Source: a virus (Duplodnaviria > Heunggongvirae > Uroviricota > Caudoviricetes). Taken from it: 64,000 nucleotides of DNA. The notes under the pieces are model-generated. The model had not been told where the DNA came from. It did not search any database and saw only the letters and a program-made list of their open reading frames with translations. Within the stretch, counting starts at the first letter, position 1; each line of letters begins with the position of its first letter. Where the stretch lies: IMG/VR virus record IMGVR_UViG_3300031555_007715; one strand, given 5' to 3'. Of the stretch, positions 1 through 8,656 are shown one piece after another. Both the position numbers and the translations under genes were made by a program.

Positions 1-70
1 TTATTATTAGTATTATATCACATATTGAAATAAAAGTGAATACTTTTATAGTAAAAGCACTAACTTTTTA

Positions 71-99
71 TTGACGATTATCATATTGAGGGGTATAAT
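71..99 (+). promoter_or_regulatory. sigma-A type promoter: TTGACG, 17-nt spacer, TATAAT
   Basis: -35 hexamer at 71-76, 17-nt spacer, -10 hexamer at 94-99, read directly. Confidence 0.5.
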
Positions 100-128
100 T
101 AGAGTACAATACAGCAAAGGAGAAGGCT

Positions 129-200
129 ATGGAATTAACAATAATTGTACTTGGGATAATAGGCTTAGCAATTGTTCTGCGTAAAAATAATAAGGAGTGA
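129..200 (+). CDS. 23-aa hydrophobic micropeptide (MELTIIVLGIIGLAIVLRKNNKE), not in ORF track
   Basis: ATG preceded by AAAGGAGAAGG; single predicted TM; stop overlaps the RBS of the next gene. Confidence 0.25.
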   Translation: MELTIIVLGIIGLAIVLRKNNKE

Positions 201-204
201 TTGT

Positions 205-498
205 ATGAAAATATGGCTTGATGATATTCGTTCTATGCCAGATAATTATACTCATCATGCTTTTAGTGTGGATGAGGCAAAGAATTTAATTTGTACTGCT
301 GAAAACAACGGAGAAATAATTGAGGTTATTGATTGTGACCACGATTTGGGTGATTATTATAACTTTGGTGGTGATGGGATAAAACTTCTTGATTGGCTTA
401 TTGAGAGAGGTACATTTTATCCAATTAGATTGCATACAGCAAATCCCGTCGGTCGAAAGAATATGATGATGTTATTAGAGAGGTATTGGAGGGATTAA
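205..498 (+). CDS. small protein starting MKIWLDDIRSMP; possible CPR (cyclic-phosphate processing receiver-like) domain protein
   Basis: ATG at 205 after AAGGAG. N-terminal W-L-D-D-x-R-x-x-P motif recalled from CPR-family phage proteins. The family assignment is recollection only. Confidence 0.4.
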   Translation: MKIWLDDIRSMPDNYTHHAFSVDEAKNLICTAENNGEIIEVIDCDHDLGDYYNFGGDGIKLLDWLIERGTFYPIRLHTANPVGRKNMMMLLERYWRD

Positions 499-500
499 AG

Positions 501-860
501 ATGAAAAAAAATATTGAGATTACGTTAGATACAAATATTGCAAGAAAAATGTTAGGTGTAGTAGGATTTGATATGACTAATTCAACAGATGATGAAGTTT
601 TTGAGAAGGTATTGTCACTTATTAATAAATATGGTGCGGTATCAAAAATTATAAATAGTAATATCAAAGAAACTATTAATAATGATGCTTATTCTAATTC
701 ATGTGATTGTCCTGAATGCGGAGAACATATATCTCGTGGAAAGGAAGAAAGAACTTTTTTCTGTTTTAAGTGCGGAGTTCATTTACATCAAAGAGCTTTT
801 ACAAAAGAAGAGATTGATGAGGCGGTGTTTGAACATGAGATAGATTCTTACGAAGATTAA
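501..860 (+). CDS. hypothetical protein with C-terminal C-x-C-P-E-C-G / C-F-K-C-G zinc ribbon
   Basis: ATG at 501 after GGAGGG; CDCPECGEH...CFKCGVH. Confidence 0.5.
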   Translation: MKKNIEITLDTNIARKMLGVVGFDMTNSTDDEVFEKVLSLINKYGAVSKIINSNIKETINNDAYSNSCDCPECGEHISRGKEERTFFCFKCGVHLHQRAFTKEEIDEAVFEHEIDSYED

Positions 861-880
861 TATTTGGAGGAATATTGATT

Positions 881-1138
881 ATGGTAATTGTTGCTGATAT
901 TATTAAAACGAAAAGTCAAAAGTTATATGATGAATGTTTTTGTTGTTCACATGTTTTATATGTAAATTGCGAAAGTAAAATTAAACATTTAACTGGCGAT
1001 TTTTATGAGTCTATATCGCATTTTGATGAGTTAGAACCCGTGGCATATTCTTCTAATTATAATGAACTTGAAGAATATGCAAAAAACAATAATCTTGCAA
1101 ACTTTATTATTAAAGAAAATTCTTTGATGAAAAATTAA
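881..1138 (+). CDS. hypothetical protein
   Basis: ORF with GGAGGA RBS 9 nt upstream of the second ATG. Confidence 0.4.
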   Translation: MVIVADIIKTKSQKLYDECFCCSHVLYVNCESKIKHLTGDFYESISHFDELEPVAYSSNYNELEEYAKNNNLANFIIKENSLMKN

Positions 1139-1145
1139 AAAAGGT

Positions 1146-1174
1146 ATTGACATATACCATATATCGTGGTATAC
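1146..1174 (+). promoter_or_regulatory. promoter TTGACA-17-TATACT driving the tRNA cluster
   Basis: near-consensus hexamers with 17-nt spacing. A duplicate of this promoter occurs at 2067-2095. Confidence 0.6.
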
Positions 1175-1185
1175 TAAGTACATAA

Positions 1186-1258
1186 GGTTGTAGCAGAGAA
1201 ACGATTACATCTACAAATCTCATACGTTTGAAAACATCGTTTCTATTATTCACAACTA
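1186..1258 (+). repeat. conserved tRNA-operon leader, copy 1 (GTAGCAGAG..AACGATTACATCTA...ATCGTTTCT.TTATTC)
   Basis: about 70 nt repeated at 2106-2178; contains inverted repeat GAAACGAT/ATCGTTTC. Confidence 0.5.
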
Positions 1259-1265
1259 TACATAT

Positions 1266-1338
1266 GGCTCGGTAGCTCAGATGGTAGAGCGGTAGCCTGA
1301 ACAGCTATGCGTCGGTGTTTCGAAAGCACCCTGAGCCA
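1266..1338 (+). tRNA. tRNA-Phe (anticodon GAA)
   Basis: hand-folded cloverleaf: acceptor GGCTCGG/CTGAGCC, D-arm GCTC-AGATGGTA-GAGC, anticodon loop CTGAACA, T-arm GGTGT-TTCGAAA-GCACC. Position 37 is C, which is unusual. Confidence 0.6.
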
Positions 1339-1339
1339 C

Positions 1340-1492
1340 TTGGTAGTGTCCGTAACTGGTATTACGGCGGGAATGTGACACGCACGAATATTTAGGCTGA
1401 TTATGTTCGAAGACTCTCGGTGTAAAATCAGTCAGGGTCAAGATATTCTTCATTCTGTAAGACAGTGAGTTCGAATCTCACGCTACCATTAT
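1340..1492 (+). ncRNA. non-canonical tRNA-like element, about 150 nt
   Basis: 5' acceptor GGTAGTG plus D-arm CGTA-ACTGGTAT-TACG at 1340-1366. A perfect T-arm GTGAG-TTCGAAT-CTCAC and matching 3' acceptor CGCTACC sit at 1470-1492. About 100 nt of unassigned sequence lies between them. Confidence 0.4.
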
Positions 1493-1539
1493 CCCATAGT
1501 TTAATATGGTAAAACGCTTCCAAGAGATATGGAAGGTCA

Positions 1540-1618
1540 TGGAATAGACTTAGCGCTTAATACATGACATACAAATTGTATTTGTATAGATGTCAGTTCG
1601 ATTCTGGCTGGGCGAATA
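1540..1618 (+). ncRNA. tRNA-like element with consensus T-arm (GTCAG-TTCGATT-CTGGC) and an 8-bp internal hairpin
   Basis: T-arm readable at about 1592-1613; I could not fold the acceptor and anticodon arms by eye. Confidence 0.3.
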
Positions 1619-1711
1619 ATAAGAAAAATATAACTTATATGGTATCTGCAAAACGCCATAGAAAATTATCCTATTGCAGTGGGATGTGAATATTTTTCGA
1701 AACACTTATAA

Positions 1712-1787
1712 AGTTACCTAATTAATAGTTCAACTGGAAGAACGCCAGCTCTGCTGGAAACTGGGTTCGAATCCCGACTTTAGGTTG
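1712..1787 (+). ncRNA. tRNA-like element (D-arm GTTC-AACTGGAA-GAAC, T-loop GGTTCGAATCC)
   Basis: D- and T-arms are readable; acceptor pairing is imperfect (5 of 7). Confidence 0.35.
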
Positions 1788-1920
1788 ACAGGTTCGACTT
1801 TGCAGGAATAGCACTTCTGGCCACAAAGAAAGCCAATCCTGCGGGCGGTATCTCCCTCGGCTATGTTAAATATAAAAGTAGTGGTTAATTGAAATTATAT
1901 TTGGCATAGTTGAAAACGAT

Positions 1921-2051
1921 TGTTGTTTCGTGGTGGTAATGGTTAACCACAAGGGAACTCGAAAGGCTTAGTTGATATTAATCAAATGCAAACTCGGTAC
2001 GGTTAGGATTTTTCAGACAAATCTTTGCGGGGTTCGATTCCCCGCCGAAAC
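1921..2051 (+). ncRNA. tRNA-like element with about 55-nt insertion; 3' part carries an anticodon arm GATTT-TTCAGAC-AAATC (CAG, Leu-like)
   Basis: 5' acceptor TGTTTCG pairs perfectly with 3' CGAAACA. D-arm GTGG-TAATGGTTAA-CCAC at 1928-1948. Anticodon arm, T-arm (CGGGG-TTCGATT-CCCCG) and 3' acceptor at about 2005-2051. Confidence 0.35.
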
Positions 2052-2066
2052 AATTGAAATATTATA

Positions 2067-2095
2067 TTGACATATATAATATTTCATGATATACT
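2067..2095 (+). promoter_or_regulatory. promoter TTGACA-17-TATACT (second copy)
   Basis: identical hexamers and spacing as at 1146-1174. Confidence 0.6.
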
Positions 2096-2105
2096 TAGAA
2101 TATAA

Positions 2106-2178
2106 ATTGTAGCAGAGGTAACGATTACATCTATTTAAGGAATTGAAAATATCGTTTCTAATATTCGCAATTTTATAT
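2106..2178 (+). repeat. conserved tRNA-operon leader, copy 2
   Basis: nucleotide-level repeat of 1186-1258. Confidence 0.5.
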
Positions 2179-2185
2179 AATATAT

Positions 2186-2257
2186 TGGACATTCGCCAAG
2201 CGGCAAGGCACAGGACTTTGACTCCTGCACTCGCTGGTTCGAATCCAGCATGTCCAG
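2186..2257 (+). tRNA. tRNA-Gln (anticodon UUG)
   Basis: acceptor TGGACAT/ATGTCCA, anticodon stem CAGGA/TCCTG with loop CTTTGAC, T-arm GCTGG-TTCGAAT-CCAGC. Confidence 0.75.
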
Positions 2258-2343
2258 TTTTCTGTAGCGGAGGAATAATTACATCGAGTTGACTGTTAAT
2301 CAAAATGCGTGTTTTAAATTATTTCTATTATTCACAGAGCCAT

Positions 2344-2416
2344 GCTAGCGTACCCAAGTGGTGATGGGGCTGTTCTTATAAAGCAGTTGCCACAGGTTCG
2401 ATTCCTGTCGCTAGTA
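2344..2416 (+). tRNA. tRNA-Ile (anticodon UAU), reads AUA
   Basis: acceptor GCTAGCG/CGCTAGT, anticodon stem CTGTT/AGCAG with loop CTTATAA, T-arm ACAGG-TTCGATT-CCTGT. Confidence 0.65.
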
Positions 2417-2565
2417 CTATGATTTAAACTTCTTTGCAATAATACGACATGGTAAATTATTAAATTAAATTAGAAAAAAATAAGAATATCGTGCTGCAGA
2501 ACGGTATTCGGGATTGTCGGAATAAAAATTGGAGTTTGGTCAGAACATCCGATATTGCAATAAGG

Positions 2566-2643
2566 ATGTCCGCCGTATATTTCAATGGTAGAAGGTACCC
2601 TGGCGTTGGGGTATGGTCTGGGTTCGAATCCCAGTATGGCAAT
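2566..2643 (+). tRNA. tRNA-like gene, anticodon unresolved; the most stable fold gives an 8-nt anticodon loop TGGCGTTG
   Basis: D-arm TTTC-AATGGTA-GAAG and T-arm CTGGG-TTCGAAT-CCCAG are clear. The anticodon stem TACCC/GGGTA only forms with an 8-nt loop. Confidence 0.4.
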
Positions 2644-2677
2644 TAAATCAAAAAGCACCCCTTCGGGTGCTTTTTTG

Positions 2678-3940
2678 TTATGCTTTACATATTAAGTTGT
2701 ATACGTTTGTTAACGTTGGTTTCTTATGGATTGCACTGATTTGTTCTTTGGTGAGAACATTATTATCTATTAGAGTAAACTCTTTTTCTAATGCAACAGA
2801 AAAATTCCTGTTTAAGATTTCTTCTGTTCTACTAGCATTCTCTAACATTTTTTCAATTCTTGTATATGCAAATCCATTTAACATACCACGCACAAAATAC
2901 TTGAGTACCTTACCAAACGGTTCTTTAGCAAGGATAGCTATTGCGTGTATTTTTATTAACTTTGTTAGTGTTATTCCAGGCAAAACTGTTTTCACATACT
3001 GGGAATAATATGCAAGAAGGTCTTCTTTTTTCATCTTTTCATATGTGTCCCTAAAATTTATATAGTTATAAACAGAACCACATTCAACAACGTATTCTTC
3101 TTCCATGTTAAACATTTCCTCAATAGTATTTGCGGTCAAATTGATATCTGCGTTCATAATATCCATCATTCTGTGATATACATAGCTATACTTTGTTTCG
3201 GATTTTCCTAGACTAAGGTATTTATATAACCATCCATTGTCCTTACCACACTTAACGTTGTATTTTAGCATCAACAATGTTATCATTGACTCTAAGCAAA
3301 AATTCATATGAAAAACAACGTCTGTTTTTAGGTATGAATTAAGAAAATCAAAAAGCTCTTTTAGACCACAATAGGTAATTTGTTCTCCTTCAAATATTGT
3401 GTTATTCCACTCATTAAAATAACATGATGTGTCATAGAAGGATTCGGATAAATATCCAGTTCTTTTCCCATTGAGAAAATATCTTCCTTTTTCTTTTTCA
3501 CCAACAAGTTTAATATCGTCAATTTTCCCCATAGCAAGAAATTGTAACTTTTTGTCAAGTATGATTAAATTATCAATTTCTTCATACACATAACTTATTT
3601 TTCCTTCACAAACCTCGAAGCCAAAAGGAACAATTTCTACAACAAGAAAACGTTCATCATTCTGGATAACATTATAATCGTATCCGACTAAAATTTCATC
3701 TTGTTCCTCGTTGTAAATAAAGTAGTATAATGGGGTTAAGCAATTTGGACATGAAAAACTCTGGTTGATTGTTTCACTTTCTTTTACACGACAACTACAG
3801 CCACAACTGCAATTTAAGTCGTATGTGTCTTTCGATAGTTCCGTCAGGAACATCATATTGTGAGCGCCTATTGACCTTGCAACAGGTTTTACCTCTTCTA
3901 TCATGATGTCTAACAAAACATCCTTGTCATATATCTCCAT
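2678..3940 (-). CDS. hypothetical protein with C-x-C-G-C-x-C and C-P-N-C cysteine clusters
   Basis: 420-aa ORF; strong RBS TAAGGAGGAG. Confidence 0.6.
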   Translation of the reverse strand: MEIYDKDVLLDIMIEEVKPVARSIGAHNMMFLTELSKDTYDLNCSCGCSCRVKESETINQSFSCPNCLTPLYYFIYNEEQDEILVGYDYNVIQNDERFLVVEIVPFGFEVCEGKISYVYEEIDNLIILDKKLQFLAMGKIDDIKLVGEKEKGRYFLNGKRTGYLSESFYDTSCYFNEWNNTIFEGEQITYCGLKELFDFLNSYLKTDVVFHMNFCLESMITLLMLKYNVKCGKDNGWLYKYLSLGKSETKYSYVYHRMMDIMNADINLTANTIEEMFNMEEEYVVECGSVYNYINFRDTYEKMKKEDLLAYYSQYVKTVLPGITLTKLIKIHAIAILAKEPFGKVLKYFVRGMLNGFAYTRIEKMLENASRTEEILNRNFSVALEKEFTLIDNNVLTKEQISAIHKKPTLTNVYNLICKA

Positions 3941-3950
3941 ATTCTCCTCC

Positions 3951-5294
3951 TTAATATGAGCGAATGGTGAGTTTTTTTTCTTTACTCCATTCTTTCAAGA
4001 ACAAAACATCGTCATCATTAGGCAATTTGTTAAATGCCTTTTTTGCTTGAACAATTTCATTGTCTTTGTTTATTTCGACCGTAATATACGGTTCCTCGTT
4101 TTTTCTAATTAAACAAATTCGAGTTTTACCGTCACAAACAGCGCCAATGTATGTTTTTACACAATGATGAAGCTTCTTGCTTTCATTGATTAAATCTAAC
4201 GGACGGGTTGGAATTATTACCTCCATCTCATTACTTTTATATGATAATGATTTGTATTCTTCCGTCGCCTGTGAAAATTTTTCCATTAGTTCTTCATCAA
4301 TTTTTTCGTCTTGAATAAGTTCATGTCTATCCATGGCAGCATTATGAGCCTGTTCTAAGTTTTCAGGGTATAAGTCTACGTCGTCAGCATTTACGTCAAT
4401 GAGATGAGTATAATCTCTATATAATCTCAAAAAATCTTCGAAGTTACTTCTGCAAGACCATGTTGTAAACTGTTCCCCTAGAGCACGAATATCAATGTTG
4501 TCATTCGTAAATATTGCTTTCATAATATAATTACAATATTCTGCAAAGTTAACAATATTGGTATCGTTAATAATAGAAAAAACCCGTTCTTCATTGGTAT
4601 GACTTGCTTCATATAAGTTTAATCTAAAAAATACCGCATGAAGTTTTCTGAGCATTTCAGGATTAAACTTAGAGCATAAACCAATGGAATCAGAAACAGT
4701 AATTGACAATTCCTGTGCAAGACAAAGAACTTTTTTGTTTAATAATGATGCACTAGGAATTTTTTCACCACCCGTGAAAAGTTTCTTCACGTATTTCATA
4801 TTTTCTGTCTCGATTAATAATGGGATTAGCTTGTGAATATTCTTAATAAAGACATTCATAATGTATATTGAATTTTGTTTTATATTTAACAAGGAACTCA
4901 TTAACAAAATGTCTGATATATCAAAGCTTTGGTGTTTAAGTATTTCTACAATAAAAATAACCAATACATCCTCATTACATACATTAGCTAATTCCGTATT
5001 ACTAATTTCAAAATCCTCAAACGGCTTTTCTATTTCATTGAACTCTTTATTATACACAAGATGCCATATTTCTTTTTTGTCAAATACAATTTCATCAGAA
5101 TCAATACTAATTACAACCTCATTACAAATCAAGCTATTACCCTCTATTTCTAAAAATCGGTAAGTATGTTTGTAATTGAAGACGTCTGATACTTTTTCTT
5201 TTACCCTAAACCCCATGGGATTATAATAATCCCCATTAACTTTTACCCAGACATCAATAATGTCTTTAGGCAATTTTGAGATAACTTTCATCAT
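3951..5294 (-). CDS. hypothetical protein (447 aa)
   Basis: long ORF preceded by a CGAAGGAGGG leader. Confidence 0.6.
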   Translation of the reverse strand: MMKVISKLPKDIIDVWVKVNGDYYNPMGFRVKEKVSDVFNYKHTYRFLEIEGNSLICNEVVISIDSDEIVFDKKEIWHLVYNKEFNEIEKPFEDFEISNTELANVCNEDVLVIFIVEILKHQSFDISDILLMSSLLNIKQNSIYIMNVFIKNIHKLIPLLIETENMKYVKKLFTGGEKIPSASLLNKKVLCLAQELSITVSDSIGLCSKFNPEMLRKLHAVFFRLNLYEASHTNEERVFSIINDTNIVNFAEYCNYIMKAIFTNDNIDIRALGEQFTTWSCRSNFEDFLRLYRDYTHLIDVNADDVDLYPENLEQAHNAAMDRHELIQDEKIDEELMEKFSQATEEYKSLSYKSNEMEVIIPTRPLDLINESKKLHHCVKTYIGAVCDGKTRICLIRKNEEPYITVEINKDNEIVQAKKAFNKLPNDDDVLFLKEWSKEKKLTIRSY

Positions 5295-5457
5295 ATAACC
5301 CTCCTTCGCATGTTATGATATGTTACTGTTGTGTATAACTACCTAGCCTAATTATATCACAAGTAAATACAACATCTTAAAAATGATATAATTGTTGTCA
5401 TAAATAGTATTTTGTGATATACTTTTTATGATATATTTATATATGGAGGTGAATGTT

Positions 5458-6264
5458 ATGCAATTTTTATTACAAAAATCCAATGATATTGATGTTATGG
5501 TTTTAAGAGGGGAATTAGATAAACAAAAATATTTATATGAGTATAATTTTGTGTCTATTGATGATATTGTAAATAATGGGCTTTCTGGTTACGATATGAA
5601 AAATGTTGTACCTGTTGGAAGTATTGAATTTGTAACAAAATATTTGAAAACATTTCACGGAGTTAATAATATGAATCCAATTGAAGTACCAACTGAGATG
5701 AGATTAGATAAGTTCTTAAACAGAGACTATCGTATTGTTAGTGCAGATGAGATACCAAAAGCAGGACGATATTTTATTAAAGATGTCAGCAAATTAAAAC
5801 AATTTTCATATTGTGGTGAGATGGAATATTTTTTCTATGATGGTATTTTTGAAACATCTGACAGAAGATTTGATACAAAGATTCACCTAGATAAGGAACA
5901 TTTATATCAAGTATCAACTATTTTAGATATTTTGTCGGAATATAGAGTATATGTTTTCAATGACGAGATACAAGGGATACAGTTTTATGATGGTATTCCA
6001 ACGATTATGCCAACTCCCGATGAGATTAAAAAAATAAAAGAAATGATAAACAGATATATACTTTGTGAATCGAGGCCAAAGGCTTATAGCTTAGATATTG
6101 CAATTATAAGAACAAAAAATGATATTGAAAGAGATGTTGCTGTTTTAGAAGTTCATCCTTTTGCTTGTCTAGGTCTATATGGAATAACTGGTAGTTTTTT
6201 GCCAATGGCATATAGAATGGGAATTGATTGGTATTTAAAACATAATAATATTGTGAAGAAATAA
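5458..6264 (+). CDS. hypothetical protein; weak resemblance to an ATP-grasp C-terminal motif (LEVHPFACLG)
   Basis: ATG at 5458 after GGAGGTG; the motif call is weak. Confidence 0.45.
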   Translation: MQFLLQKSNDIDVMVLRGELDKQKYLYEYNFVSIDDIVNNGLSGYDMKNVVPVGSIEFVTKYLKTFHGVNNMNPIEVPTEMRLDKFLNRDYRIVSADEIPKAGRYFIKDVSKLKQFSYCGEMEYFFYDGIFETSDRRFDTKIHLDKEHLYQVSTILDILSEYRVYVFNDEIQGIQFYDGIPTIMPTPDEIKKIKEMINRYILCESRPKAYSLDIAIIRTKNDIERDVAVLEVHPFACLGLYGITGSFLPMAYRMGIDWYLKHNNIVKK

Positions 6265-6305
6265 TATAAAAGCCCATGATGAGATATCCATCACGGGCTT
6301 TCTTT

Positions 6306-6503
6306 TTAAGTTAAAAATTTTTCGTTTTTTAAGTTTTCAAGATAGTATTTATATATCAGAATAACACACTTACAGTTATTTGAATACATTATTATGCATT
6401 TGTATTTTTTTAGTATTTTATCGTTTTCTTTTCTTTTTCTTTTCTCTTCAATAAATTTATCTTTTTGTTTATCTGATAACCTTGATAATAATCTTTTTTC
6501 CAA
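6306..6503 (-). CDS. small K/E-rich basic ORF with TTG start and no RBS
   Basis: ORF-track entry only; doubtful. Confidence 0.2.
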   Translation of the reverse strand: MEKRLLSRLSDKQKDKFIEEKRKRKENDKILKKYKCIIMYSNNCKCVILIYKYYLENLKNEKFLT

Positions 6504-6577
6504 TTTATTAAAAACTTCATCGGCGGGATAGGTTTTACCTTCTTGAATACTTTTCTCTGCCTCATCTAATGCTTTTT

Positions 6578-7075
6578 CTATTCTATTAATTTCTTTTTTT
6601 TTTCGTTTTCAGTAAAACCCATTCTTGACATGTTAAACATTATATTTGCCAATGCTTCTTCTTTTTCAATACCTTCATCAACATATACGTCCTGAGCTAG
6701 AACATTTTTAAAAGGTATAGTGTCATATCCGTAATGTTTAATTTTATTATTGCAGTCTCCCCATATGGATATTTCTCCATTTTCAGTTTTTTCATAGATA
6801 TCTTGTTTGAGACATAAAAAACTGTCTATATATGATTCGATGCTTTTATTTTCTTCGTTTATTTTTTCCTGATTTATAACAAAAACAACACTTTCGTTAA
6901 CCATATTTCCAATATTAACCTCAAGCATTTCATTCATAAATTTATTTAATTGTAAAATGGCTTGTTCTCTTATTGTTATTAATCCTATTTTATTTTCTAT
7001 GTTAAAATATTTTAAATATTCGTCATATAATTTTTCATAATTATCAATTGATGTAAATAAATCTTTTACTATCAT
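6578..7075 (-). CDS. hypothetical protein (165 aa)
   Basis: ORF with AAAGGAGAT RBS. Confidence 0.55.
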   Translation of the reverse strand: MIVKDLFTSIDNYEKLYDEYLKYFNIENKIGLITIREQAILQLNKFMNEMLEVNIGNMVNESVVFVINQEKINEENKSIESYIDSFLCLKQDIYEKTENGEISIWGDCNNKIKHYGYDTIPFKNVLAQDVYVDEGIEKEEALANIMFNMSRMGFTENEKKKKLIE

Positions 7076-7288
7076 ATTCGTATCTCCTTTGTTAAATATT
7101 TGCTTTTATTATAACATAATATTAATATTTTGTCTATAGGATATTTTTTTTGAAAATAAAATAGATATGGTATAATAAGGTAAGAAAGTCAATATTGTTT
7201 ATAGTACAGATTTATTGTACCGAAGGGGGATACAATACGACTTATCTTGTATCAAAAAAATATTTACAAACGAAGGAGGTAATATACA

Positions 7289-7717
7289 ATGAAGATATTT
7301 GAGTATATTATGCAATTTTTCCAACAATTTGAGTCATTAGACATAAATAGTCAAGACTCAACAGCGGGCATCTTGCTTGTTTTAATAATAAGCACTCTTA
7401 TTAATTTTATCGCTCAAACCTTTAAGGCAAGTGGTTCCGTAATAAAAGCGATAGCTAATGTAAAAAAGAAGAAGATTGCTTTGATGTCTGATAAGTTGGA
7501 CAATGAATTGAAGCAAGTGGAGCTTGAGTTAAAAGCCGAGGAACTTAAGTTAAAGCAAGAAGCACTTAAGCAGGAGCAGGAGAAAACCAAGCAATTAAAG
7601 CTTGCAAATAAGAAGGAAAGAGCAGAACAAAAAAGAGCCAATGAATTACATAAATTGGATGTTGCTGCTAAAGAAGTTGAGTTGCAAATCAAAAGAGCAA
7701 CTATCAACAACGATTAA
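7289..7717 (+). CDS. membrane-anchored coiled-coil protein (K/E/Q-rich)
   Basis: ACGAAGGAGGT leader; one hydrophobic segment followed by a KQEALKQEQEK-type coiled coil. Confidence 0.6.
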   Translation: MKIFEYIMQFFQQFESLDINSQDSTAGILLVLIISTLINFIAQTFKASGSVIKAIANVKKKKIALMSDKLDNELKQVELELKAEELKLKQEALKQEQEKTKQLKLANKKERAEQKRANELHKLDVAAKEVELQIKRATINND

Positions 7718-8080
7718 GGGACGGACATATGTATGTGTGTTAGCATTTTCTAGTTTTCGCTAACACAAATTTTAGGGCGTAGAACAGATACATCATGGGT
7801 GTGTACATGGTGTTGATTACCGATTACAAGCGTTAGCCGTAACGCTTATTTAAGACTACAGCGTTAGCCGTAACGCTATTACGAAGTACAGATTCCTCAA
7901 AGGAAAGATGTAGGCAAGCATAGACACAATATTGTTTTGCTGAGGATGGTTATAATGAAAACAAGTAGTTTCTAAGGCAAGATACAAGAAGGACTACATT
8001 TATAGAACAACGCATTTATAGAGCGTAGAAAAGAAACACCCCCTTGTTTCGGGCATCACAGAAATGTGATGCTTTTTTTA
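7718..8080 (+). ncRNA. structured noncoding tail or ncRNA ending at a rho-independent terminator
   Basis: hairpin 7737-7766 (GTGTTAGC/GCTAACAC). Two identical hairpins AGCGTTAGCCGTAACGCT at 7829-7846 and 7860-7877. Terminator GCATCACA-GAAA-TGTGATGC plus T7 at 8053-8079. Confidence 0.4.
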
Positions 8081-8103
8081 TTTACAAAAAAATAGAACAG
8101 GCG

Positions 8104-8304
8104 TTACCGCCTGCTCTTAATGTGTCTCGCACATTTACATCCAACCAGTGTTAATACTGTTCCAGCCAATGTTAATACTGCAAAAATAGCAATGACTGTC
8201 AGTATAATAGCCACCGTGGACAGTACTTCAATCAATCCTGTCAAAATATAATATCCTCCTTTGTCCTCTCTGTACTTGTGCATGATAAAACTTGCTAACA
8301 TCAT
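8104..8304 (-). CDS. small membrane protein (66 aa)
   Basis: hydrophobic ORF; no clear RBS. Confidence 0.3.
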   Translation of the reverse strand: MMLASFIMHKYREDKGGYYILTGLIEVLSTVAIILTVIAIFAVLTLAGTVLTLVGCKCARHIKSRR

Positions 8305-8361
8305 TATAACATATATATTAAAAAATAAAAAACCACCAACAGAAATGTCAGTGGTTGATAT

Positions 8362-8532
8362 TTATCTTTTTTCACATAACCTAAAGTTAATTTCTTTTTC
8401 CTTTTTCAGCTTTAATTTTTCATATGTCGATTTATGATAAAGGTATACAATGAAAGTTCCCAACAATATAAGACTAGAAATTCCAGCAACTATTAATAAT
8501 ATACTTACTATCCAACATAAAACGTTTATCAT
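8362..8532 (-). CDS. small membrane protein (56 aa, MINVLCWIVSILLIVAGISS...), not in ORF track
   Basis: manually translated from the minus strand; one TM followed by a basic tail. Confidence 0.3.
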   Translation of the reverse strand: MINVLCWIVSILLIVAGISSLILLGTFIVYLYHKSTYEKLKLKKEKEINFRLCEKR

Positions 8533-8656
8533 ATAGATTCTCCTTTCTTCTTTTCTTTGTGAGTGTTCTCCTATACTATATTATACACTTAATTATTGCT
8601 TTTGTCTATGATTTTTTGTAAAATATAAGAAAAAGAGTTTAGGAAGGGAGATTTTT

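Noticed and set aside
2013-3008. ORF-track entries 2013-2303(-), 2460-2642(-), 2470-2658(-), 2613-3008(+)
   Set aside because: They overlap tRNA genes or lie antisense to the well-supported 2678-3940 gene; no RBS; typical spurious ORFs in AT-rich DNA.
6306-6503. 65-aa K/E-rich ORF
   Set aside because: TTG start with no Shine-Dalgarno and poly-lysine low complexity; kept only as a low-confidence feature.
7414-7710. Antisense ORFs nested in real genes (e.g. 7414-7710, 12689-12973, 24071-24286, 47433-47834, 48296-48805, 53854-54135, 55131-55815)
   Set aside because: They are fully contained within better-supported genes on the other strand or in another frame, have low-complexity composition and lack RBSs.
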